Below, one piece after another: positions 30,002-39,363 of a DNA stretch of 64,000 nt. The notes beneath the pieces are model-generated. The model saw only the letters and a program-made list of their open reading frames with translations, did no database searches and was not told the origin of the DNA. Source of the DNA: an uncultured virus (IMG/VR IMGVR_UViG_3300029309_000009). Taxonomy: Duplodnaviria; Heunggongvirae; Uroviricota; Caudoviricetes. The stretch covers positions 1 through 64,000 of IMG/VR virus record IMGVR_UViG_3300029309_000009; one strand, given 5' to 3'. Each line of letters opens with the position of its first letter. Within the stretch, counting starts at the first letter, position 1. The position numbers and the translations under genes were made by a program.

Positions 30002-30847
30002 TTATTTTTCATTTTCATTCCTCACAAAATCACTTATTGCTCTACCACGAACTTCTTTCAAACTATTGAATCCTAATAGTTTCAGTATTTTTTGCGCTTG
30101 CTCTCTAATAGAACAAACTGCAAATCCCACACTTTTTGCCAAATCTTTCTGTTTTATCTGCATCATATTAGCAGTAGATACAATCAAACAAATTGCTGCA
30201 CAATATGTTCTGCCTTTAGTAAAGTAATTTCTTTCAAGAACAGGGTTTATTGTAACATGTAATTCTTGACACGAAGTAATAAACTCCGCACTATCTTCTA
30301 TATCTCTAGAAGTCTTATCTAATAGTGATACTAGATTATCTCTAGCATAAACTGAAGAATTTCCAAAATGCTTTGCAATCAACCTTGTTAATTTGTTCAC
30401 CTTACGCATATCGCAATCAAACTCTTTTCTAACTTCACTCATCCTTATGGCTATCCCATTTTCTTTCAGCACATAATAAACTAAAGCAGTGGCCCTATTT
30501 TCATAACTATATTTATTGCTAAATACATGTCCTCTAAAACAAGAGATGTAGCATTCTTCTACTCTATCTCTCAAAGGATGATTTATCGCTATTGAAGATA
30601 ATACTAAATTACAAAATACTAATCCTGTTTGAATATTTATTTCAGAAGAAATGTATTTATTTTTATTAGTCGTTCCTAAAGTATTTCTAAAAGTCGCTTC
30701 ATGTATTATTTCACCGGATGGACTATACTGAGAAACACTTTGCTCAAATATATCTGTTACTTCCACAAGGCCGCAGTTATCGCAAATTCTTTCTCCCATT
30801 CTTTCATCAAAACTAAACTTATCTAATCCACATTCTTTGCACGACAT
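30002..30847 (-). CDS. tfb: Transcription initiation factor TFB/TFIIB homolog
   Basis: N-terminal Zn ribbon CKECG...GERICDNCGLV, two cyclin-like repeats (ATALVYYV; KGRTYCAAICLIVS...QKDLAKSVG...SIR). Confidence 0.85.
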   Translation of the reverse strand: MSCKECGLDKFSFDERMGERICDNCGLVEVTDIFEQSVSQYSPSGEIIHEATFRNTLGTTNKNKYISSEINIQTGLVFCNLVLSSIAINHPLRDRVEECYISCFRGHVFSNKYSYENRATALVYYVLKENGIAIRMSEVRKEFDCDMRKVNKLTRLIAKHFGNSSVYARDNLVSLLDKTSRDIEDSAEFITSCQELHVTINPVLERNYFTKGRTYCAAICLIVSTANMMQIKQKDLAKSVGFAVCSIREQAQKILKLLGFNSLKEVRGRAISDFVRNENEK

Positions 30848-32115
30848 ATCAATTCACCTATATTGTTATTTAATAAATATTCAAAATCTAATCTATGGTT
30901 TGACATATCTTCTTCATACAAATATGCGTTAATAGTGCTAATTAATTTAGTAGCAACACGGTCATTCAAAAAGGCATATCCTCTAGCAACCATTTGGTCT
31001 CCAATAGATTGCGCTCCTCCCATCGCTAAATTATCAACACAAATTGGCCCTAGCCACATTGGAACTTTCTTTGTTTCAAAGGTGTCTATCCAATCTCCAT
31101 CCTCGTTTTTTATTTGGCCTGTCTTTTCTTTTATATGCTGAATATTATACACATAGGTATTCACAGATTGTCTGCTTTCTCTATTGCTAACTTTTTGTAT
31201 CTTCCAATCATACAATTGACCTCTAACAAATAGCCACTCATTATTAGTTTTATCTATTTTCATTAATTTATATCCATCAATTTTTATTTTTTTATGACTG
31301 GCATCTTCCTCTACGTGTTCTACATGATAGAAGAATTTAGTCGGCATTAATTCGCAAGTTTCAAGAATTAACTCTTTGGCTCTTTTTTCTACAATATCTT
31401 TTGTTCTATTTTGAGATAGAAAAGCAATCATTATTTTTAGTTCTGATTCTGAAGGGTCTTTACCTACTAGATTTTTGTATAGTAGAGCGGGAGACATTCT
31501 ATACCACTTTCCTCTTTTATTGTTATTCCTAAACGAATTGACAAAGGTAACTAACTCTGACTCGCTTATCTCTCCCCATACAGAATCAGATAATTCTATT
31601 GCATATTTACCTCTCCCTATCTTTTCTACATTTAGTCTAACATCTTGTCTTTGATAGTCAGCGTAAAAGTAATATGGCACTCTATTTTCTAGAACATATA
31701 GTATAGGTTCCGGAACACTTACTGCTTTCAAATATACTTTCATCAAATTGTCATAGTCTCTTTGTTCTTCAAAGAAGCAAGCATATGTCACTCTTGCAAA
31801 AATATTACATGCTATTTTTAGCCCAAATTGCCTTCCATTCAAATAATATTTACCATCGTATTTTATATGAATAGGATAGGTATTATCTGCAAACCAATAA
31901 ATTCTTTCAAAATTCCATTGACCTCCACCTGCTCTAGATATTATGTTTCTCCAAGTTCGGCACAACCCTTCATGATAGGGGTCTCCCTTAGAAGACCAAT
32001 TAGGTTCTACATAGTCTCTTTGAGGAGAATGTATCCACTTGTCATCTCTCATATTTTGGATTTCATATCTCATTGCTAATCTGCTATCTTGCATTACCAT
32101 TTCTATTATTCCCAT
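30823..32115 (-). CDS. Hypothetical 430-aa protein (C-terminal GPICVDNL, possible E2-like Cys)
   Basis: Long ORF with SD; function not recognised, see findings. Confidence 0.55.
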   Translation of the reverse strand: MGIIEMVMQDSRLAMRYEIQNMRDDKWIHSPQRDYVEPNWSSKGDPYHEGLCRTWRNIISRAGGGQWNFERIYWFADNTYPIHIKYDGKYYLNGRQFGLKIACNIFARVTYACFFEEQRDYDNLMKVYLKAVSVPEPILYVLENRVPYYFYADYQRQDVRLNVEKIGRGKYAIELSDSVWGEISESELVTFVNSFRNNNKRGKWYRMSPALLYKNLVGKDPSESELKIMIAFLSQNRTKDIVEKRAKELILETCELMPTKFFYHVEHVEEDASHKKIKIDGYKLMKIDKTNNEWLFVRGQLYDWKIQKVSNRESRQSVNTYVYNIQHIKEKTGQIKNEDGDWIDTFETKKVPMWLGPICVDNLAMGGAQSIGDQMVARGYAFLNDRVATKLISTINAYLYEEDMSNHRLDFEYLLNNNIGELICRAKNVD

Positions 32116-32283
32116 TTAATCACATCACATATGTATTGTTTTTTAATTGCTTATCGCAATCATCATGTATTTCGTTTTTCATTTCTTGAGGTAAGATAAG
32201 TTGCCCTCCACAAATCCTACATTTAGTCGCTATTCTTTTTTTATAAGACCAAATGCTTTTTTCGTATTCGGGGTCTTTTTCTT

Positions 32284-32553
32284 TCATTGTAACTCACCAT
32301 GATATTCTAAAGCGGCTTTTCTGTTTGGTAGTTCGGTCTTTAACCAAACCATGAATCCTTTTTCTACCGCTTCGGGAATACTCCAAAGACATTTTCTAAA
32401 TGCTTGGCACATAACCCATTGTTTTTCTTTATCTGATTTGCCCTCTAGATTATCAAATACCATTTGTAATTTAGTTCTATCTAAAGGACTTAAATCTCCA
32501 AAAAAGGATTCTATTACTATTCTACATTCTTCGGCATTATCAAACCATTTCAT
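32284..32553 (-). CDS. Hypothetical protein
   Basis: 89-aa ORF, GGAG SD. Confidence 0.5.
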   Translation of the reverse strand: MKWFDNAEECRIVIESFFGDLSPLDRTKLQMVFDNLEGKSDKEKQWVMCQAFRKCLWSIPEAVEKGFMVWLKTELPNRKAALEYHGELQ

Positions 32554-32572
32554 GTAAAACTCTCCAAGAAAC

Positions 32573-32602
32573 GGGAGGAGAGTTACCCCTATCTCTCCTC
32601 CC
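32573..32602 (-). terminator. GC-rich hairpin downstream of the Ubl gene
   Basis: Perfect 10-bp stem GGGAGGAGAG / CTCTCCTCCC, followed by GTTTCTT on the minus strand. Confidence 0.6.
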
Positions 32603-32616
32603 TAATTAGTTGTAAT

Positions 32617-32817
32617 TCAACCACCGACAATAGCCGGAGTTAAAACAACTGAATCAACATCATCCCAATTGACGTTTGAAAGGTTCTCTCTTGAGACCAT
32701 TTCTCCGTCAATAAATACCCAATCAGTAGGATGGGTATTTATCTGTTCTATTACTTCACTAGCCTCAAGGGTTAGTGAAGTGTGTCCTGTTTCATTCAAA
32801 ATTGTCAAACTTATCAT
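32617..32817 (-). CDS. Ubiquitin-like beta-grasp protein (SAMP/ThiS/MoaD-like) with C-terminal GG
   Basis: 66 aa; VFIDGEMV...DSVVLTPAIVGG-stop matches the ThiS/MoaD/SAMP pattern (V.VNGE.V...D.V.I.P.V.GG); strong GAGGTGA SD. Confidence 0.85.
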   Translation of the reverse strand: MISLTILNETGHTSLTLEASEVIEQINTHPTDWVFIDGEMVSRENLSNVNWDDVDSVVLTPAIVGG

Positions 32818-32851
32818 TCATTTCACCTCTTTCTATTTTTTATAGTTCGCA

Positions 32852-33982
32852 TTACCTATTAAAGCCCTGCGTTTTTAACTCCTCGATTAACTCACTTGCC
32901 CGTCTTTTTGACAATTCATCAACCGTAAAAGCATACCCCAAATCGAGCAAAAATTTCTTTTGCTTATCTGTGGCAGGAGTATCTTCGTATATTTCCTTTA
33001 GTTTCTTTAGTTGGCTAGAACTTATTTCAAATAAAGGAATTTGCATTTTATGATGCAAGTCTTGGAGGAAAGTTCTCTCCCACCGACTAAAAGATTCATT
33101 TTGAATATCCTTTGAGAAATCCGGAATACCGTAATATTCACAATTATCTAAAAATATTTCTTCTTGCATCTTCTCTCTTTCTTCTGCTAACATTAATACT
33201 GTAATATCTCTCATCAATTTATGTCTCTTGACATTTTTTAATCTATGTGCATTCTTCCTATCTTCGTCATCGCATTTACTTCTAAATTCTTCTATTCTAG
33301 CATAGAACATAATTAAATCAGTCCACAACTTTTCTGTTGGATACCCTCTAGTAGTTTGCTGATTTTTAGGATTGTCGGGATGGTTCCATCTCCAAACAAT
33401 TGATGCCATTTTATATCTAGAGGTTGCCGGAGAACCACTAGAACCCTTTCTTATTACTGTAATTGGCATAGGCTTTTGATATTCAGAATTAAAAGCCCAC
33501 TTCTTAACTTTCACATTTAACCTAACGTCATATTCTTTGATTGCGTCAAACATCTTTGTAAATAGTTCTCCATTCTTATGCCACCAAGCAGTTTGCATCA
33601 TTGATGCGACTCTAATTTTGAGCCATTCATCTATCATTTCATCTGTTACTAAAGTCTCATCTATTCCTGCTGTCATTGAAATTTGTTTCAATATATGATA
33701 TGAATTTATGTGGTCAGAACCAACAAGAATCATATTTCCATTCTCTATATTCTCCACTTCAAAATGATATTCTATTCTATGACCACAAAGACATTGCTTT
33801 GGGGATTCCCACCAATCCGGTATTTCATCGTCTCCCCAATATACATTTCCTGTTGCCATCCATTCTTTTTGGGCATCTTCATAATTGTCTGCCACAGATA
33901 ATTCTGTCATTCTTTCTATTAGTTTCCTATCGTAATGACCTGTTCCTAATCTTCTTCTAGGCTGTATTATTCTTTCCATCAT
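32852..33982 (-). CDS. Hypothetical protein with N-terminal Zn-binding motif
   Basis: CLCGH.I...N..NG...VGSDHI; C-terminal PATDKQKKFL...LSKRRASELI short helical module. Confidence 0.6.
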   Translation of the reverse strand: MMERIIQPRRRLGTGHYDRKLIERMTELSVADNYEDAQKEWMATGNVYWGDDEIPDWWESPKQCLCGHRIEYHFEVENIENGNMILVGSDHINSYHILKQISMTAGIDETLVTDEMIDEWLKIRVASMMQTAWWHKNGELFTKMFDAIKEYDVRLNVKVKKWAFNSEYQKPMPITVIRKGSSGSPATSRYKMASIVWRWNHPDNPKNQQTTRGYPTEKLWTDLIMFYARIEEFRSKCDDEDRKNAHRLKNVKRHKLMRDITVLMLAEEREKMQEEIFLDNCEYYGIPDFSKDIQNESFSRWERTFLQDLHHKMQIPLFEISSSQLKKLKEIYEDTPATDKQKKFLLDLGYAFTVDELSKRRASELIEELKTQGFNR

Positions 33983-34154
33983 TTAACACCTCTCTTTACT
34001 CTAACTTCTATCTTTCCATTCGGTTTAGATACAATCACTGCACAAGAATAGCAGATTCTTTTCCGACTTCTATCACAAACTGCACTTGCAGGAGTGTTGG
34101 GACAAACCTCGCAATAACCTAAACTACTTTCCATTTTTGATAATCCTACCATAT

Positions 34155-34403
34155 TTATTCGCCTCTATCCATTACTTCATATTGATATTGTTCTCTCAAA
34201 TAAGCATCTAATATACCAGTTACTTTCTTTGGGAACACCTCAAATATTCCATTAATTATTCCTCTATTCATACATATCCAAATCTTATGATAGTTATTAA
34301 TTAATATTTTGGGCATTCCATCATCGTTCTTTTTTATAATGACGGGAGGTAATTCCTCATCGTCAATCATCATAAATTCTATCTCTTTCATTCTTTCACC
34401 CAC
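34155..34403 (-). CDS. Hypothetical protein
   Basis: ORF in early/middle operon. Confidence 0.45.
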   Translation of the reverse strand: MGERMKEIEFMMIDDEELPPVIIKKNDDGMPKILINNYHKIWICMNRGIINGIFEVFPKKVTGILDAYLREQYQYEVMDRGE

Positions 34404-34643
34404 TCTACTTTTATTTTACCTTCTGACCTTACTAGTATTGCCATCGTTCCATCAGCATATGCTATGAATACTGTGCCTACATCAGATAGGTCTAGTTCTA
34501 ATTCTTCTGAATCAAATTCTTCTTTTATCTTAGCATTAAATTTCATTTTTTCATCTCCATTATTTTCATCCATTCTTTTTTACATTCTTCACAAATATGT
34601 TTCAAACTTACAAATGTGTTTTTGTTTTTACAAATCATACATC

Positions 34644-35273
34644 TCAACTTAACATCTCCAAGTTTAATCCATAGACTTTGTTTAGTTCTTTTCTAACTTC
34701 ATTTTTTCTTTCTATTATTTTCTTAACCGGCCACCAATTTGGCATTCTATCTTTTTTCCATTCTGCAAATTTCCATTTCCCCTCAACGTAATAGTGCCGA
34801 TAAGATTCTATTACGAAATCCCAACAATGTTTTCCATGAGAGTTGGGTATCCTATACTTATCAAACATAGCAATACTTACAGGAGTCAATTCACTTTCGT
34901 CATAGTCAAAAGTAAAACTGTCTAGTATTCTTTTTTCCGTTCCGTGAATTTTACCATATCTGTAAGTATATTCCTTACAAAGTGCAAGAGCATGATTGTA
35001 TAGCCACATATAGTTCGCTTTGTTCTGTCTAGCCCAAATAGTGCTAGGATGATTAAGCATAGCAGGTTTCATCATATAGGAATAATGTGATTCCTTGTGA
35101 AACTTCTTCAACTCTTTTAGAGAAGGCTCTCTGCCGTGACAATTCCAAAACAAAAAGTAAAGAGAATTGGTATGTAACATCTGACAACTTTCCGTTGGCA
35201 TTTTTACTACATGCTTGTCTAACATCTGTTTTGCTGATTCCACAGGACATTCTGATAATGCAAATATGTTCAT
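34644..35273 (-). CDS. Pyrimidine-dimer DNA glycosylase / endonuclease V-like (DenV family)
   Basis: MNIF.L...DKHVVKM..E..QML, NHPSTIWAR, NYMWL, EYTYRYGKIH. Confidence 0.8.
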   Translation of the reverse strand: MNIFALSECPVESAKQMLDKHVVKMPTESCQMLHTNSLYFLFWNCHGREPSLKELKKFHKESHYSYMMKPAMLNHPSTIWARQNKANYMWLYNHALALCKEYTYRYGKIHGTEKRILDSFTFDYDESELTPVSIAMFDKYRIPNSHGKHCWDFVIESYRHYYVEGKWKFAEWKKDRMPNWWPVKKIIERKNEVRKELNKVYGLNLEMLS

Positions 35274-35482
35274 GCTTCCATCCCCTTTTGGTGGCCTTCT
35301 AATTCAATTATAGTTTGCAACAAGGTATCTTTAGTCTTTTCATAGTTGCCTTCATCTAAATGATATAAGCAAACACATAACCTTTCGACTAAGGTTCTAA
35401 AAAGTTCTTTTTGCAGTTTTCTTAACTTTGCACATTCTCTTTCTACAATTTCTATTATTGCTTTTTTAAGTTCATCATTCAT
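35270..35482 (-). CDS. Small hypothetical protein
   Basis: 70-aa ORF with GGAG SD. Confidence 0.5.
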   Translation of the reverse strand: MNDELKKAIIEIVERECAKLRKLQKELFRTLVERLCVCLYHLDEGNYEKTKDTLLQTIIELEGHQKGMEA

Positions 35483-35618
35483 TTCATCATCTCCTCATGC
35501 GTGTTGCTGAACAAAATCTCTGCCCATTTCTTCTTGTATGCTATCTACCATTTTCATATATTCATCTACCATAGATGCTAGTTCGTGAACTGTGTAGATT
35601 TCCATCAACAAAATTATT

Positions 35619-35873
35619 CTATCTTTCATTATAATCACCATCTCTATATCTTGAGTATTTTCTATGGTCTGCATCATCCATTAACTTTTCATGGTCTATC
35701 CATTCATAAGTATCTTCCGCAATCCTAGTAATTTCTTCCTCTACAAATTCACTTGCTTCATCGGGAGCATTTACTAAATCTTCTAATAAACTCATTAGTT
35801 CCTTTTCAGACATATTTGCTTTTAACAAATCATAGGCTGTTTTAAACCCGCACCATTCTAATATATTTTCCAT
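35619..35873 (-). CDS. Small acidic hypothetical protein
   Basis: 84 aa, strongly D/E-rich; GGAG SD. Confidence 0.5.
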   Translation of the reverse strand: MENILEWCGFKTAYDLLKANMSEKELMSLLEDLVNAPDEASEFVEEEITRIAEDTYEWIDHEKLMDDADHRKYSRYRDGDYNER

Positions 35874-35954
35874 ATTTACATTCTCCTTAACGATTCTTGG
35901 TATGCTAAATAAGAGGACATACCGGCCTCTTTCAATTTCTTGAATATCTTTTTT

Positions 35955-36227
35955 CTATTGTTTTCTAAATCCCAACTGCGATTCAAAAACTCCCTTTTGA
36001 ATAAACGGTGGTCTCCTATCGGGATTATATCTTTCATATACTTCTTCATAACAACCACTACAAATTTTAATTAATATTTTATTTTCAACGTCTGTCAAAT
36101 CTATTTTCTTAAATTCGACTAACATGAAGTGTGATGCACCTAAACCACAAATGCAACACTTGGGTCTAGATGGCTGCTTTTTTTCTGAAACGAAAAAACT
36201 CTTAATCCATTCTATCATTAGGAACAC
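35955..36227 (-). CDS. Small zinc-finger protein
   Basis: KCCICG...ICSGC. Confidence 0.5.
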   Translation of the reverse strand: MFLMIEWIKSFFVSEKKQPSRPKCCICGLGASHFMLVEFKKIDLTDVENKILIKICSGCYEEVYERYNPDRRPPFIQKGVFESQLGFRKQ

Positions 36228-36630
36228 CTGTTGTCGGGAATAGGTTCATGGAGAAGTTGCCCACTATCTACAAGTTCACTAACCTTTTCCTATTATTACT
36301 GTATAAACCGACTAGAATTTAACATACTTTAAAATCAGATAAAGCACAATACTCGCTTCACAAATACGAAGCAACCAAAGCCCTATCTTCTTTTTATTCA
36401 TAAAATCACCATTGGAGGAGGGGGAACATAATTGTCTTTAGGCTCCTCGTTCAACCCCTGCCTCCTAGATTTTTTAAAAATAATTATTATTTAGGCTTTT
36501 TGAAAACCTAACTAATGTCTCACTTGAACACAACTTCATCGAGATGACCTCCGACCCTCCCTCCATTAATAACCTAGATGCCCTTTATTGTGTAACATTT
36601 GACACTTTATAAATTACATAATTTTTAGGA

Positions 36631-37113
36631 TTAAAGATTTTTTTCTTCATTTGCGATTAGTGTGGAAGTTTCATAGCCTAATCCCTCTAGCGTTCCATCC
36701 CATAATTTATTCTTGAACCTTCTGTGAAGAACCGTTTTTATTTTACCTTCCTCAACCTTAGCATATTCTTCAGCACTAGCATATCCACCGCCACCGCTTT
36801 TCCCATGCTTCAGATGTAGGCCACTAGGAACCATATTGAAATATACTATTGAAGCCTCATATACCATCTTACTTACCTTATCAATGGTCACTTTTACAGA
36901 GACAGGTTTCGTCAATCTAACGCCTTGCCTAAATGGAGAATTTGCCCTACCCTTTAGGAGACCTCTGATAGAAGAAATGACTCGACTTCTTTCATCAGCA
37001 TTTTCACTACCTATCCGTATCTGTAATTTAACAACATCTGCAATGCTTCCTAATTCTTCCTTATTTATCTCGATGTATGATTCTACTATCTCAACAGTTT
37101 CTAGCCACTCCAT
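36631..37113 (-). CDS. Early hypothetical protein (paralog of 38704-39228)
   Basis: 160 aa; shares KxG...SAExxA...R...K[LV]W[DN]G with 38704-39228. Confidence 0.6.
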   Translation of the reverse strand: MEWLETVEIVESYIEINKEELGSIADVVKLQIRIGSENADERSRVISSIRGLLKGRANSPFRQGVRLTKPVSVKVTIDKVSKMVYEASIVYFNMVPSGLHLKHGKSGGGGYASAEEYAKVEEGKIKTVLHRRFKNKLWDGTLEGLGYETSTLIANEEKNL

Positions 37114-37284
37114 AATTACCTACTTTTACATTATCTAATAAAGCCCCTTTTTCATAAGTGTGTAATATATACGCACATTGCGTAAAGGTAATTTATGCTA
37201 GGATTAACTATTGACATAAAATAAATTTACAGATTTTATACGGAATTAGTTTTGCCACATGTAAAAAATACACTACATAGAATC

Positions 37285-37640
37285 CATGAGACATAACATG
37301 AGACAAAGGTAAAAGCAACACTGAAACCCATTTAGCCGTTTCAGTCTCATGTCTCATGTCTCAACGCCCTAAGAGAGAGATATAATAGAGAGAGAGAAGA
37401 TAGGAGAGATATGATATGAGATTATGAGATTATGAGATTGAATAATAATAAATGATAGACTGAAAGCCTATCATCTTCAGTCTCATTTCAGTCTCATCGC
37501 ATCTACCATGAGACACACCCCGTAAATACTATATCACATATAATAAAAATATTAAATATTATATTCCCTATATAGTATAAGAGCAATTGAAATATATACT
37601 AACTACAATAACCTAAAATCAAGGATTATTTTTATACCCA
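37285..37640. repeat. Iteron-like TGAGA[CT] cluster plus AT-rich tract (candidate replication origin)
   Basis: 11 copies of TGAGA[CT] in both orientations in 37285-37515, non-coding, followed by an AT-rich stretch. Confidence 0.6.
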
Positions 37641-38153
37641 TTTTAAAGAAGGGACTTATATTATGTTTAGGTCGTGCTTTGTTTAATGACCCCGAAGGGC
37701 AATCCTCAATCCTCCTTTTTTATCAATCTCCATTGTGGGTAATACCATACTTCAGTGCCGATAGGACAGTGCATGATTCGCTCATAGGTTCCTTCCCCGC
37801 TCGGCAGCCAGCCTTCTTCAAGCATCTCATCATACCATTCATCAAAGTCTTTAGCCTTGATGTATATCACTGCGGGTTTATCTAGTAATTCACCTGTTAC
37901 AGAGTGTTCAATGATTACTCTGTGTAACTTTGGAAAGCGTTTGCTCATGTTCATTCCTCCTTTACGTCCAATATACTTTCCATAGGCCATAGGGATTCCC
38001 CTGTAATAATAGATTTGAAATTAGGGTCGAACCCTTGAGAGATGGTCAATAACTGTTCAAGTTTATAATTCTCATTTNNNNNNNNNNGTAATTCACCTGT
38101 TACAGAGTGTTCAATGATTACTCTGTGTAACTTTGGAAAGCGTTTGCTCATGT

Positions 38154-38507
38154 TCATTCCTCCTTCATGGGCCACAAGGGTTCTTCTGTAATAATAGATT
38201 TGAAATTAGGGTCGAACCCTTGAGAGATGGTCAATAACTGTTCAAGTTTATAATTCTCATTTAATATATCCTTGATGTATTCCTCTAAGTCTTCAATAAC
38301 ACCCAAAAGGTATTCATCACCCCAACCGTTAGTTTGAATGACCCATTCAATCCAATTGAATACATTATCAAAGTCCTCCATTTCTTTGTCGGTAAATTGT
38401 TCTCTCTTTTCATCCCAATAGTCGGGGTTATCACTACAATAACAGTTTAGAGTTTTGCACTTAACACAGTCTGTTTTGATTCCGAAAGTAATACTCATTC
38501 TTTTCAT
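38154..38507 (-). CDS. Early hypothetical protein
   Basis: 117 aa, CxxC-x4-CxC then acidic; GGAG SD. Confidence 0.5.
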   Translation of the reverse strand: MKRMSITFGIKTDCVKCKTLNCYCSDNPDYWDEKREQFTDKEMEDFDNVFNWIEWVIQTNGWGDEYLLGVIEDLEEYIKDILNENYKLEQLLTISQGFDPNFKSIITEEPLWPMKEE

Positions 38508-38703
38508 CTCCTTTTTCTTATTAATAATGCCCGTTGTAGAAAATTCTGATAATTATCCACGATTACAATATTATTTTCCGATTTACTTTCAAGATAGGGG
38601 CGCAATTAACATAGGATATTATCAAAGCCTACTATCATATGGTTGTTGGCTTTGTGGAACCCCAAAAAATAATTTTTGGAGCCTTGTAAGAAATTAAACG
38701 GTA

Positions 38704-39228
38704 TCAGCCCTCAACCTCCGTATTATCTGAGGTTTCGGCAGGGAAATTATAGGAAATGTCTTTCATATCACCATTCCATACCTTTGCAACTAGCCTATCA
38801 AGCATGTGTGACTCACACAAGTTGATTATGTTATCTGCCAATGCTTCAGCCGACTCGTGCGGCCTTGAATATTCATCACCATTTTCATTCTTGGCTTTCG
38901 TTCCACGCTTAGGATACATTCTACCTAATTGTGTGTCTTCCAAGACCTTGATTAATTTGGGTCTGATAGTTTTCTGAACTGCTGAATCCCATCCTGCTTG
39001 AACAGCACTTGGGAATACCGGAGAACTTCCGGTTAGTTCGGTTCGATTCGGTATCAACTTGTAATTCGCATTTAGCGAAACCCAAATTGCTGCCTTTTCT
39101 TCATCTGTTTTTGCTTCTCTGATACCTTTAATCATCGCTAAACATGCACTTTGAGCGAATCCGGTAGGATTTTCACTTACACATGTCTCAATGATAGATA
39201 CTTTTCTCATCATTCTTTCTATGTTCAT
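38704..39228 (-). CDS. Early hypothetical protein (paralog of 36631-37113)
   Basis: 174 aa, GGAG SD; shared motifs with 36631-37113. Confidence 0.6.
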   Translation of the reverse strand: MNIERMMRKVSIIETCVSENPTGFAQSACLAMIKGIREAKTDEEKAAIWVSLNANYKLIPNRTELTGSSPVFPSAVQAGWDSAVQKTIRPKLIKVLEDTQLGRMYPKRGTKAKNENGDEYSRPHESAEALADNIINLCESHMLDRLVAKVWNGDMKDISYNFPAETSDNTEVEG

Positions 39229-39363
39229 TTTAGTTCAACTCCGTTAGTGTTGATACTGTCTAATTTCTTACAAGACAAACATAATATGTCACTCTACCAA
39301 TAAGGTATTGACACAAAGCCATCACTACCATATGGTTGGCTTTGTAACCTTAAAAAAATAAAA

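Noticed and set aside
37885..38262. ~200-bp tandem duplication giving two MNMSKRFPKL... starts and two ...SQGFDPNFKSIIT ends
   Set aside because: It straddles the 10-N gap at 38078-38087; most likely two strain alleles scaffolded together, not a real repeat. ORFs 37951-38175 and the start of 37706-37990 are unreliable.
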